This document shows positions 1 to 8,742 of a stretch of 61,496 nucleotides of DNA, in pieces (within the stretch, counting starts at the first letter, position 1; every line of letters begins with the position of its first letter). Position numbers and translations under genes: made by a program. The DNA is from a virus, in the UHGV virus genome UHGV-1354897; one strand, written 5' to 3'. The notes under the pieces were generated by a model. It was not told the DNA's origin, did not search any database, and worked only from the letters and a program-made list of their open reading frames with translations.

Positions 1-54
1 CCATAAACTCGTCAAATAATACCAATAGGTACTATATACATTAATAATAAATCC
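1..54. repeat. terminal direct repeat, left copy (identical to 61437..61490)
   Basis: Exact 54-nt identity between window start and end; sequence diverges at position 55. Confidence 0.8.
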
Positions 55-123
55 TTATTTTATATATATTTATAGTTATTATTTACTATTAGTTTAATTA
101 TATTTGTTTTAGTTAGTTGACTG

Positions 124-441
124 AAAGTTTATAAGTTTATAGGGAGCGAGCCAACCGAGATTTCATAAAATGCATAGTATAGTGGTATAGTGGCATTCAC
201 TATGTTTCACTACTACTACTAATTCTTTGTTTGAAAACGGGGTAATAAGGGGAAAACCGTAAACTTATAAACTTTGCTCTGTGTCAAAAATAAAATTAGT
301 GAATAGTGGAATAGTGGTTTATAGTGGCAAACTTTTATAAAGCCAGTAACGGCGCACTATACACATTTTGCCCACTATGTACGCCACTAAGCACTATATT
401 AAAACAATCCTTGCAAATAGCTAATGTCTGTTTTATAGTGG
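124..441. repeat. iteron-like array of (A/T)ATAGTGG octamers in both orientations, bracketed by a 16-bp inverted repeat
   Basis: TATAGTGG at 178..185, 186..193, 320..327, 434..441; AATAGTGG at 302..309 and 310..317; reverse copy CCACTAT at 372..378; inverted repeat AAAGTTTATAAGTTTA (124..139) vs TAAACTTATAAACTTT (260..275). Confidence 0.6.
411..439 (+). promoter_or_regulatory. sigma70-like promoter candidate (TTGCAA, 17-nt spacer, TATAGT)
   Basis: -35 at 411..416 and -10 at 434..439, followed by RBS AGGAGG and ATG at 467. Confidence 0.4.
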
Positions 442-466
442 CTTCACCAGTTGACTAGGAGGATTT

Positions 467-1210
467 ATGAGCGAAGAAACTATCACATCCGCACCATTAA
501 CATCTAAAACTGTGGTTAAAGATCTGTGTTTTGCTGCGTGGGTTGTGCAAGCTTGCTCGCAGTTGCGCGGTGCGCCAACCAAATCACAGGCGCTTGCTAT
601 GGTGGAGGATTACTTCAACGAAGATGTGGAACAGCCTGTTAAAAAAGCTGTAAGACAAAAAGCGGGAAAGCTGGATGCAGAACGGGCGGCTTTCCTTGCA
701 TGGGTTAGCGATAAGCTGGGACATGAACTGGATGCCAAAGAGCTTCGCAGCTATACGGGCAAATTCAATTACCACATGGGCAAGGGTAACGACCCATATG
801 AAGAAGCATTTAAGGTAAAAGAAGATAAGGGTAAGGCGGGGCGCAAGGAAAACGTCGAGCTTAAAGCATGGATAGAGCGCCAAGCCTTGCTCAAAGGGGA
901 TCCTCTGACAGATAAGGAAGCGGATAAATTGACACATCGCTGGTACAGGATGCGCCGGAGCGGCGATGTTCGGGACTGGGATAATCGCGGTCGCTGGCCT
1001 ACGTGTTCCCTGCACCATTACGAAACCGCTACCGCTATCCGTGTCAAGCTTGGCGCTCATTGGGTAGACCTTGCACTATACAGGGATGCTGAACAGGCTA
1101 AAAATATTCTTCCGAACATTGATAATTGGCTTATTAGCTTAAGACAGGGAAGGGAGCCGCAGGACGTTATGTTAGAAGTTAGTAACCATATTATCACAAC
1201 TCCGCAATAA
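467..1210 (+). CDS. hypothetical protein, first gene downstream of the iteron-like array
   Basis: 247-aa ORF with AGGAGG RBS; no motif recognised. Confidence 0.6.
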   Translation: MSEETITSAPLTSKTVVKDLCFAAWVVQACSQLRGAPTKSQALAMVEDYFNEDVEQPVKKAVRQKAGKLDAERAAFLAWVSDKLGHELDAKELRSYTGKFNYHMGKGNDPYEEAFKVKEDKGKAGRKENVELKAWIERQALLKGDPLTDKEADKLTHRWYRMRRSGDVRDWDNRGRWPTCSLHHYETATAIRVKLGAHWVDLALYRDAEQAKNILPNIDNWLISLRQGREPQDVMLEVSNHIITTPQ

Positions 1211-1275
1211 TGCAAAAATAGTTGCAAAGTAAGGCTTTACTGTGTATTGTGTGGACGGTTGTAACGGAGGGTATT

Positions 1276-1479
1276 ATGGATCACGAATCGGAATTTGATT
1301 TGAACTACATAACGGCAGCGGAAATCGAAGACCGTTATGGCATATCTAAGTTTAAGATGTCGCGCATACGTGACAGCATCCCGGGCGCTATCAGAATTGC
1401 TAACCAGTACATCTACAAACGCTCCTTAGCAGTGCCCGTTCTGGAAAAGATGCAAGGCGATAAGCGTCGGAGGTCTTAA
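1276..1479 (+). CDS. small putative DNA-binding protein (possible HTH)
   Basis: GGAGGG RBS before internal ATG at 1276; segment ITAAEIEDRYGISKFKMSRI looks like a helix-turn-helix. Confidence 0.5.
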   Translation: MDHESEFDLNYITAAEIEDRYGISKFKMSRIRDSIPGAIRIANQYIYKRSLAVPVLEKMQGDKRRRS

Positions 1480-1485
1480 TTAAAT

Positions 1486-3828
1486 ATGGAACTGTTTCCC
1501 GCTGAAATTAAAGCTTTCCCACAATGGGCGGTCGCCGATGCGGATAAAAAGCCTCTTGTATGGGACAACGATATTGGACGTTTGATGGCGGCGGACGTTA
1601 CCGATCCGGATATGCTTATGACGTTTGAAGCTGCCAAAGGTTGCGCCGCGCATTTCAACAAACCTTATATTGGCTTTGTGCTTACTGCACAAGACCCGTT
1701 CACCTGCATCGATCTGGATGTGAAGAACGCGACCAATGAACCTGATCCCAAGAAGCACACGACGCCGGAACAGTTGCGCCGCTTCGAACAGATCATGACT
1801 GCGTTCGATACTTACACCGAAGTAAGTCGCTCAGGTTTGGGTGTCCACCTGTGGTTAAGAGGTAACATCGGTAAAGGTCGCCGACGTGATGGTGTCGAGG
1901 TTTATAGTCAGGAGCGTTTTATTATCTGCACGGGCAATCCTGTTTATAACAAACCAGTTGCAGAACGTGATCATTATCTTACTATGCTTGTGAATGAAAT
2001 TGATCTTCAGCGCAAGACATATGAAATTGAACTGGTAGAAAAAGATCCGGTAGAAGACGATGCGACTATTCACCAGCGAGCACTTGAAGCGGACAACGGG
2101 GATAAGTATGCACGCCTATTCAATGGCGAATGGGTTGAAATGGGATTCCCTTCCCAGTCTGAAGCAGACCTTGCCCTTATTTCTATGTATGCATTCTACA
2201 CAGAAAGTAATGAGCAATGCCGTCGTCTGTTCCGTTACAGTGCACTGGGCAAACGTGAGAAGGCTAATAAGAACAATGTTCATATTGACCGTTGTTTGCG
2301 CATGTGCCGCGGTCGTATGGAGCGTGAGCGCATTGCCCAGGAAAACGTAGCGGCGCTGGCGCGGGATTACGCTGCTCGTATGCAAGCCGCACACAGTGCA
2401 ATGCAGCAGGTAACGGAAATGCCTGTGATTGTCGAAACAACACAGGGGCAGACAGTAGTTGCGGAAAGTACATCCATTGATGCAACAGCTATTGACTGGC
2501 CACCGGGACTCGCTGGGGAGCTTGCGAAGTACATCTACAAAGCATCCGTCCGACCAGTAAAAGAAATCTCTATTGTGACTGCGCTCGGCTTTATGGCTGG
2601 GGTATGCGGGAAAGTATGGCAGATTCCGCAATCCGGTCTTAATGGTTATTTTGTCTTAATTGCTCGTTCTGGTGTTGGTAAAGAGACGTTGAACAGTGGG
2701 CTGTCTAATATAGTTAGCCAGATTCAGGACCAGTTTCCGCAGATTCATAGCTTTGTATCTTTTGACAGATGCGCTTCTGGATCTGCACTGCGTAAATCTT
2801 TTGCAGACAAACAATCTTTTATCAACTTGAACGGTGAGTTTGGTAAGATTATCAAAGCAATGGCAACGGCTCCAGCAGGATCGCCGATGCAAAGTTTCAA
2901 GAATGACCTTACCGATGTTTATCAAAAGTCCGGTCAGATGTCTATCGTTGGTGGTATGTCTTATTCTGATAAGGCTAATAATACTGAAGCTCAACAAGGT
3001 GTGGCATATAGCATCATGGGCGAAACGACACCGGATACGTTCTTTGAAGCATTAACCCGTGAAATGATGGAGGACGGATTCTTATCCCGTTTCCATGTTG
3101 TACGCTATGAAGGTGATCGACCACCTTTAAACAAAAATCAGCAGACTACAATGGATCAGCATTTGAAGGACATGGTGTGCCATCTTGTTAACCACACTTT
3201 AGTAACAATGGCAAAGCATCAGAGTATTGAAGTACAGTTTAGCCCGGATGCGGAAACATTATGCGATCAGTTTAACGATGAATGTGATCGCAATATTAAC
3301 GCAACCAAAGACGAAGCGATCCGTCAGCCGTGGAACCGTGCTCACCTGAAGGTCTTGCGACTTTCTGCCTTGTTAGCTGTGGGTGAGAACTGGATCAATC
3401 CGGTGGTACAAACCTATCATGTGCAATGGGCTTTGGACTTCGTGCGTCATGGGCAGGATATTATTATGAAGGAATGGCATAGCGGAGGCATTGGGACTAA
3501 TGATGAAGCTCGTATCCGTACTATGTGTCAGGTCTGTGTGAATTATCTAACTAAAGACTGGGTGAAAGTTAAACGTGTAGATTTGCGCAAAGAAGGTATT
3601 ATCACGCGGGGTGATATTACTACGCGTCTTGCAAGTAAGTCCGCGTTTAAAAACTATCATCACGGATTATCCGCTGCAATCGAGTCTACAATCAAGGAGA
3701 TGGTTGCTATGGGTGCACTTGTTCCGGTAACACGGGAGGAGACTATTAAACTGGGATTTACTGGGGCAGCTTGGCGCATTACGCAAGATGTTGAAGGAAT
3801 TATGGCAAACTTAGGTGAAGAGGAATAA
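1486..3828 (+). CDS. DNA primase-helicase (AEP prim-pol N-terminal domain plus P-loop NTPase)
   Basis: AEP motifs CIDLDVKN and SGLGVHLWL; Walker A-like ARSGVGKET; 780 aa. Confidence 0.75.
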   Translation: MELFPAEIKAFPQWAVADADKKPLVWDNDIGRLMAADVTDPDMLMTFEAAKGCAAHFNKPYIGFVLTAQDPFTCIDLDVKNATNEPDPKKHTTPEQLRRFEQIMTAFDTYTEVSRSGLGVHLWLRGNIGKGRRRDGVEVYSQERFIICTGNPVYNKPVAERDHYLTMLVNEIDLQRKTYEIELVEKDPVEDDATIHQRALEADNGDKYARLFNGEWVEMGFPSQSEADLALISMYAFYTESNEQCRRLFRYSALGKREKANKNNVHIDRCLRMCRGRMERERIAQENVAALARDYAARMQAAHSAMQQVTEMPVIVETTQGQTVVAESTSIDATAIDWPPGLAGELAKYIYKASVRPVKEISIVTALGFMAGVCGKVWQIPQSGLNGYFVLIARSGVGKETLNSGLSNIVSQIQDQFPQIHSFVSFDRCASGSALRKSFADKQSFINLNGEFGKIIKAMATAPAGSPMQSFKNDLTDVYQKSGQMSIVGGMSYSDKANNTEAQQGVAYSIMGETTPDTFFEALTREMMEDGFLSRFHVVRYEGDRPPLNKNQQTTMDQHLKDMVCHLVNHTLVTMAKHQSIEVQFSPDAETLCDQFNDECDRNINATKDEAIRQPWNRAHLKVLRLSALLAVGENWINPVVQTYHVQWALDFVRHGQDIIMKEWHSGGIGTNDEARIRTMCQVCVNYLTKDWVKVKRVDLRKEGIITRGDITTRLASKSAFKNYHHGLSAAIESTIKEMVAMGALVPVTREETIKLGFTGAAWRITQDVEGIMANLGEEE

Positions 3829-3855
3829 ATAAAGGGCCTTTCGGCCCTTTATTGT
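3829..3855. terminator. bidirectional intrinsic terminator
   Basis: Palindromic hairpin AAAGGGCC-TTTC-GGCCCTTT with flanking A/T runs, between convergent genes. Confidence 0.7.
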
Positions 3856-4079
3856 TAGTTGAGATAGTAATCGTCGACGTCGTACCTTGCCATAATTTCG
3901 GATGCTTCCGCTGCACTTTCCGCTTCTTCATAAGCTTGCTCAGCGTCGTCATAAGTACCGTAATACATCCAACCTTCACCCATTGGACGGATATATGCTT
4001 CAAATTTGCCAGTACGCGGGTGACGTACAACTTTATAATCCGCGCCCATTGTGCTATATACTTTATTCAGCATGACCAT
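3855..4079 (-). CDS. hypothetical small protein on the opposite strand within the early block
   Basis: 74-aa ORF with GGAGG RBS; acidic C-terminal half; ends at the bidirectional terminator. Confidence 0.6.
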   Translation of the reverse strand: MVMLNKVYSTMGADYKVVRHPRTGKFEAYIRPMGEGWMYYGTYDDAEQAYEEAESAAEASEIMARYDVDDYYLN

Positions 4080-4182
4080 TTTGTAATCCTCCGTTTTGTT
4101 TATGAGTTAATAGTACAGTTAGACGGATCAGATGTAAAGGCAAATCGTGCTATTTCATAGATGCATTTCAAGTCTAAAGTTG

Positions 4183-4210
4183 TTGCACACATCGTAAGTC
4201 CTGCTATACT
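4183..4210 (+). promoter_or_regulatory. sigma70-like promoter candidate (TTGCAC, 16-nt spacer, TATACT)
   Basis: -35 at 4183..4188, -10 at 4205..4210, upstream of a run of small early genes. Confidence 0.45.
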
Positions 4211-4237
4211 TACAGCATAAAGTTAACGGAGGGAACA

Positions 4238-4312
4238 ATGTTCGAGCTTTTAAAATTATTTGCGGGTGCTATTTTCGTAGCTGGTTATTTCTGGTTTATG
4301 TACATTCTGTGA
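4238..4312 (+). CDS. micro-ORF encoding a 24-aa hydrophobic peptide (MFELLKLFAGAIFVAGYFWFMYIL)
   Basis: GGAGGG RBS 4 nt before ATG; stop overlaps the RBS of the next gene; below the ORF-track size cutoff. Confidence 0.35.
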   Translation: MFELLKLFAGAIFVAGYFWFMYIL

Positions 4313-4320
4313 GGTGTAAG

Positions 4321-4536
4321 ATGAAAATTGAATTAGAAGTTATTGAAGGTCAGGCTCCGGTTGATGAATTTGGTCACATTGACAATGATGTAATTATTAT
4401 CGGATTAGACGGTTCTTTACATGCTGTAGGTAATCAAAATGTAATGGGAGGTCTTTGTAATTGTTGCAGTGATAATTTTCCAAAACACAATCGATATATT
4501 CTCATCCCTAAAAATATCAAAGACTGTGAGGAATGA
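4321..4536 (+). CDS. hypothetical small early protein
   Basis: ORF with GAGGTG RBS before ATG at 4321. Confidence 0.6.
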   Translation: MKIELEVIEGQAPVDEFGHIDNDVIIIGLDGSLHAVGNQNVMGGLCNCCSDNFPKHNRYILIPKNIKDCEE

Positions 4537-4539
4537 AAA

Positions 4540-4773
4540 ATGAGTAAATTAAAAACAACTATCTACACTAAAAAAGCTATTGAAGGCTTTATGCAACATT
4601 TGTCTGAATTGGGTCTAAGCGTCTATGGACCTTGTATGAAGGAAGAGATTGAGTATCCTTCCCTTATGGATTACAATGTTGACGATATTATTAATCGGCG
4701 CAAATGTATTCAGGATGGGAGCTTATTCTATATAGATGATATTACATTAATTGATCACGAGGATGACAAATGA
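4540..4773 (+). CDS. hypothetical small early protein, acidic C-terminus
   Basis: 77-aa ORF, tightly packed with neighbours. Confidence 0.6.
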   Translation: MSKLKTTIYTKKAIEGFMQHLSELGLSVYGPCMKEEIEYPSLMDYNVDDIINRRKCIQDGSLFYIDDITLIDHEDDK

Positions 4774-4961
4774 ATCTTAAACTATTAAAGAATTTATATT
4801 GGACAGTTTGGACTATCCTTACAGTTATTCTTATCGTATATGTTAATAAATCAACTGTCCTGGGAATACTTTATGTAATAGCATATGGTATTAGCTGTAC
4901 TATTGGTTCTGCTGCTTTAGTTGTTATTTCTTATGAGGGTGATAAAGGGGAAGAAAAATGA
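4770..4961 (+). CDS. hypothetical small membrane protein
   Basis: 63-aa ORF with two hydrophobic helices; start overlaps previous stop. Confidence 0.55.
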   Translation: MNLKLLKNLYWTVWTILTVILIVYVNKSTVLGILYVIAYGISCTIGSAALVVISYEGDKGEEK

Positions 4962-5272
4962 GTATTGTAAACACTATCTGTGAGGCAATTTATGCGGAGC
5001 TTATCCGTATTGAAACTAATCTGCATAAAGAAGGACGAAAAGAAATCAAAAGAATTCTTGTAGATTTCCCTACAGCAATGGATATTCGAAGAGATGGTCA
5101 TTTATACTATTGGGGTAGTGAATACATCGATGAATGCGACGGAGGGCATTGTATCCACATGGCTATTATGAATTACCCTATTGTTCCAACCGATCAAGTA
5201 ACAGGTTTTGAGTTGATGTTAAATGATGGTACTTTAGCACCAAAAGCGGCAAAGGGAACCGCGCAAAATTGA
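4958..5272 (+). CDS. hypothetical protein
   Basis: 104-aa ORF, start overlaps previous stop. Confidence 0.6.
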   Translation: MSIVNTICEAIYAELIRIETNLHKEGRKEIKRILVDFPTAMDIRRDGHLYYWGSEYIDECDGGHCIHMAIMNYPIVPTDQVTGFELMLNDGTLAPKAAKGTAQN

Positions 5273-5289
5273 AGCTTGCCATTCAAGAC

Positions 5290-5584
5290 TGCATCCTTTA
5301 AGATAACCACAGTTAACGAGGTTTAACAATTTAACAACATTAACTTAGTGAACGATGCTTAACTCAAGCCCTTGAAAGCGGTAGCTGTACCTCCTTACAG
5401 CAACTACTTTCGCTGGGCTTCCTGGAGCGGACAGGGTAAACCCGCAACTTACTGAACGATGTGAACGATGTTTAACGCGACGGCGCCAGATGTACCAAAC
5501 CGTCACCAGCCTTTGGCGAGGCTGTACAAGTAGGCCAGGATAGACGAAGACGGCAGTCAAAGTAAGCTATCCGACAATCAAGAG
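5290..5584 (+). ncRNA. candidate structured noncoding RNA region
   Basis: About 300 nt without a convincing ORF, GC-richer than flanks, with TGAACGATG-yTTAAC repeated near 5348 and 5456, ending at a strong terminator. Confidence 0.25.
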
Positions 5585-5617
5585 AGCCCAGGAATCCTTA
5601 TGCCTGGGCTTTTTTGT
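5585..5617 (+). terminator. intrinsic terminator
   Basis: Hairpin AGCCCAGG...CCTGGGCT followed by TTTTTT. Confidence 0.8.
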
Positions 5618-5689
5618 TCCTTGTGATCAACAGAACTTCAATATAAAATTCTTTATGAAGTGTTTTACATTAAAGTTATGGAGACAAAC

Positions 5690-6157
5690 ATGGCAGTAAA
5701 TATTCGCGCTAAAGGTCAACGCGGTGAGCGGGAAGTATGCGATTTCTTTAATGCAATTTATGCTGAAATCTACGCAGAGCTGGGGATGCAGTTACCGGAA
5801 AAACCTATTGCTCAGCGTAACCAGAATCAAAGTGCGGTCGGTGGTTGTGACATTAGCAATACGTGCCACCATGCGGTTGAAGTAAAAAACCACGCTACGC
5901 CACAAGTAAACACATGGTGGAAGCAGACTGTTCAATCGGCTAAAGAGCTTGGAAGATATCCAGTTCTGATGTATAAAATAGAACGTAAAGGATGGAAGGT
6001 TGTTCTACCGCTCAATCCAGTCGTCTTTAGCAATGGTGAGTGGCAGTGGTATGAAGTTAAAGACTCCATCCGCGCGGAAATTAGTCTTGATGATTACCGC
6101 ATTATTTTTAAAGCGCACGCGAAACAATGGTTAATTGATCGCGGTTCAATTCAATAA
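5690..6157 (+). CDS. putative Holliday junction resolvase-like PD-(D/E)xK nuclease
   Basis: N-terminal KGQRGEREV, then CDIS and EVK motifs resembling Hjc/RecU-type resolvases; GGAG RBS before ATG at 5690. Confidence 0.5.
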   Translation: MAVNIRAKGQRGEREVCDFFNAIYAEIYAELGMQLPEKPIAQRNQNQSAVGGCDISNTCHHAVEVKNHATPQVNTWWKQTVQSAKELGRYPVLMYKIERKGWKVVLPLNPVVFSNGEWQWYEVKDSIRAEISLDDYRIIFKAHAKQWLIDRGSIQ

Positions 6158-6166
6158 GGTGAAATT

Positions 6167-6760
6167 ATGACTGACGTATTAAATAGCACAGAAAGTTCTT
6201 TTGTAATTGATGTTGAAAAATTTGCCGCAGTATTAAGCACAATTCCGGTCGGTGTGAAACGCTTAACAGACAGCGCCATCTTGCCAGCGTTCGCTACTGC
6301 TGGGGCAGCTTGCTTTGACCTGCACGCGGATCTCAAAAGTGAAGACGGTTGTGAACAAATCATTTTCTCTTACGAGCACATATTCCGCACAGGGTTGGCG
6401 TTTGATATCCCTAAAGGGTATGCGCTTATGGTCTATTCCCGTAGTGGGCACGGATTCAAAAATGACGTGCGTTTGGCAAACTGCGTGGGCGTTATTGATA
6501 GCGATTACACTGGCGAAGTTAAAGTTAAGCTTACTATTGATCATGATGGTTGTTTTACCGTTAGTCATGGTGATCGTATTGCGCAAGCTATGCTTATTAA
6601 GGTGCCTTGCGTGCAACTGGTAGAAGTAGAAGAACTCAAAACTACTGAGCGCGGTGCTAATGGATTCGGGTCAACTGGCACGTCTGCCAATGTGGTTACA
6701 GCAGAGGAAGAAGCTGCTACGCATCCGATCATGACTTCACGTCATTTAGATAAAAAATAA
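6167..6760 (+). CDS. dut: dUTP diphosphatase
   Basis: Conserved dUTPase motifs GVIDSDYTGE and ERGANGFGSTG. Confidence 0.85.
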   Translation: MTDVLNSTESSFVIDVEKFAAVLSTIPVGVKRLTDSAILPAFATAGAACFDLHADLKSEDGCEQIIFSYEHIFRTGLAFDIPKGYALMVYSRSGHGFKNDVRLANCVGVIDSDYTGEVKVKLTIDHDGCFTVSHGDRIAQAMLIKVPCVQLVEVEELKTTERGANGFGSTGTSANVVTAEEEAATHPIMTSRHLDKK

Positions 6761-6823
6761 GTCTTGCTTAAGCACATGGATGTGTTACTATACATACATC
6801 GAAACACAACAGAGGACAGAAAA

Positions 6824-7234
6824 ATGTTCGACGCAGATAAAGCAGTACAAGCAACAGAAGCAGATGTAATTGAGTGGTATAAAACTAAAGCGGAATTGCA
6901 GAAGCTGCAAGCTCGTGAGCGAGCACTCCGTGATAAGATTATTAAGTCCTATTTCCCAGCGCCGTCTGAGGGGACTAATAAAGTTGAAATTACTGGCGGG
7001 GTTATGAAAATGACCCACAAGATTGATCGTAAGATTGATCTTCCAAGCCTTAACGGAATCTTGGGCGATCTGATTAAAGTTGGTGTTAACGTTGATCAGC
7101 TTGTGGAAAATAAACCTGTATTGAAAGTTGCGGCTTGGCGTAAACTTACAGCGGAGCAAGCCGCAGTCTTCAACCAGTGCGTTGAATCTAAAGTTGGATC
7201 TGCGTCACTGGAAATTGTTCCAAATAAAGCTTAA
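6824..7234 (+). CDS. hypothetical protein
   Basis: ORF with AGAGGA RBS before ATG at 6824. Confidence 0.55.
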   Translation: MFDADKAVQATEADVIEWYKTKAELQKLQARERALRDKIIKSYFPAPSEGTNKVEITGGVMKMTHKIDRKIDLPSLNGILGDLIKVGVNVDQLVENKPVLKVAAWRKLTAEQAAVFNQCVESKVGSASLEIVPNKA

Positions 7235-7275
7235 CCACATTAACGGGCGGTCAATCCGCCCAACAGGAAACTAAA

Positions 7276-8067
7276 ATGCGTAAAGAATTTCAGAAAGCTT
7301 ATCATGCCCTGTTAAAAGGTGTTGTAACTGTCAAAGTTAAGTTTGAAGCAGGTGGTCGTCTTTATACCTACCGTGCCCTGGAAAGCGACGAATTACATCC
7401 GGGCGATACTGTTGTTATTCAATATAACGGCAAGTTCTTTACTACGGAAGTAGTAGAAGTGGATCAGTATCCGGACTTCAGCAAGGATGTTGAATATAAA
7501 TGGATTGTGTGCAAAGTGGACGAAGAACGCTATGCCCACTTCCTGGAACAGGAACACATGTTTGAACAACAGATGTTGGCTTTGTCCGCAAACAAAGAAG
7601 CAGAAGCAACCAAGAAAGAACTGATCGAGTTGTACGGTGAAGAAAATGTCGGTTACTTAGCGGGCATTGCTCAGGGTAAAGTGACGGTCCCGACGTTCAA
7701 TGACGTTATTGACACTCTGTTGCAAAATTTTGCAGATGGTGCAGATCTTAACGGTAGTGTTGTTGAGTTTAAAACAGCCCCTTATAATGGTGAAGCTGTG
7801 CAACGTCAGCATGATCTGTATGTTCAGGTGCTGGGACGCGGTTTACGCAAGATGGAAGGTCCGCGTCTAGACTGGGAAAGCCGTTACAATAAACACATTG
7901 CAAACATGCATACTCTGAACGGTTTCACCTGGCGTGACTTTATGGCACCGGGCGCAAATAAGGAGAATAAAGAGGACGTAAAAGCTGCTAAGATTTTGTT
8001 TGATCGTTTTAAGCGTAAGCAGTATCCGATCGAGCAATATATCGAAGAGTTCAAAAACAAACTGTAA
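7276..8067 (+). CDS. hypothetical protein
   Basis: 263-aa ORF followed by a terminator. Confidence 0.65.
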   Translation: MRKEFQKAYHALLKGVVTVKVKFEAGGRLYTYRALESDELHPGDTVVIQYNGKFFTTEVVEVDQYPDFSKDVEYKWIVCKVDEERYAHFLEQEHMFEQQMLALSANKEAEATKKELIELYGEENVGYLAGIAQGKVTVPTFNDVIDTLLQNFADGADLNGSVVEFKTAPYNGEAVQRQHDLYVQVLGRGLRKMEGPRLDWESRYNKHIANMHTLNGFTWRDFMAPGANKENKEDVKAAKILFDRFKRKQYPIEQYIEEFKNKL

Positions 8068-8072
8068 TAAAC

Positions 8073-8100
8073 TAAAGGGGTCTTTAGACCCCTTTTTAAC
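8073..8100 (+). terminator. intrinsic terminator
   Basis: Hairpin AAAGGGGTC-TTTA-GACCCCTTT followed by T run. Confidence 0.8.
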
Positions 8101-8110
8101 AGGAGTTATT

Positions 8111-8734
8111 ATGCGAGTAACAATTATTTCTGATGCAAGTTTTTGTCCAAATACAAAAGCCGCAGGCTATGGCGGATGGGTAGTTTGCAACCGCGGAAGT
8201 AATGCTAATGGCGGGCCATTACGCGGTGCTCCGGATAACAATGCAGCTGAAACAATGGCGATCTGCAATGTCATTTGGGAAGGATTGAAAGCTAATTTAA
8301 TTCAATCGGGTGATCATTTAATTGTGCAAACAGATTGTTCAACAGCTATTAAAGTGTATAAAGAGGCAAGCTGGAAAAGCGAACAGGAAGGTACAGCTTT
8401 CAAATGGTTGAACGATCAACTTCGTAAATATAACCTTACTATTGAGTTTCGCCACGTTAAAGGTCATACAAGTAATCAGGACCAGCGTAGCAAAGCTCAA
8501 AGATTTTGTGATGAACGTGCGCGTTCTGCTATGCGATTGGAAAGAAGTAAGATCCGTTTGCAAGAATGCAAAGAGCTTATTTCCGAAGCAAAGAAAAAGG
8601 AAAATAGACCTAAAAAGGGTAGCGGACATTTACGCCGTAATACCCGTATGAAAGAGAAAGCTCAAAAAGCTGCAATACTTTTAGAACGTTGCGGTATACG
8701 CAGCAGTTCCCATCAACATGATTATTATGAATGA
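8111..8734 (+). CDS. ribonuclease H-like protein
   Basis: RNase H-like motifs ISDASF...GYGGWV, AETMAI, QTDCS, HVKGH...DERAR; AGGAG RBS before ATG at 8111. Confidence 0.65.
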   Translation: MRVTIISDASFCPNTKAAGYGGWVVCNRGSNANGGPLRGAPDNNAAETMAICNVIWEGLKANLIQSGDHLIVQTDCSTAIKVYKEASWKSEQEGTAFKWLNDQLRKYNLTIEFRHVKGHTSNQDQRSKAQRFCDERARSAMRLERSKIRLQECKELISEAKKKENRPKKGSGHLRRNTRMKEKAQKAAILLERCGIRSSSHQHDYYE

Positions 8735-8742
8735 GGTTAACA

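Noticed and set aside
584-1060. 158-aa reverse ORF inside the first rightward gene
   Set aside because: Fully embedded antisense to a longer ORF that has a strong RBS; no independent signals.
2116-2631. 171-aa reverse ORF inside the primase-helicase gene
   Set aside because: Antisense to a gene with clear AEP primase motifs; Cys/His-rich junk composition.
5280-5600. tRNA gene in the early intergenic region
   Set aside because: No cloverleaf or T-loop GTTCGA-like motif found by eye; kept only as a generic ncRNA candidate.
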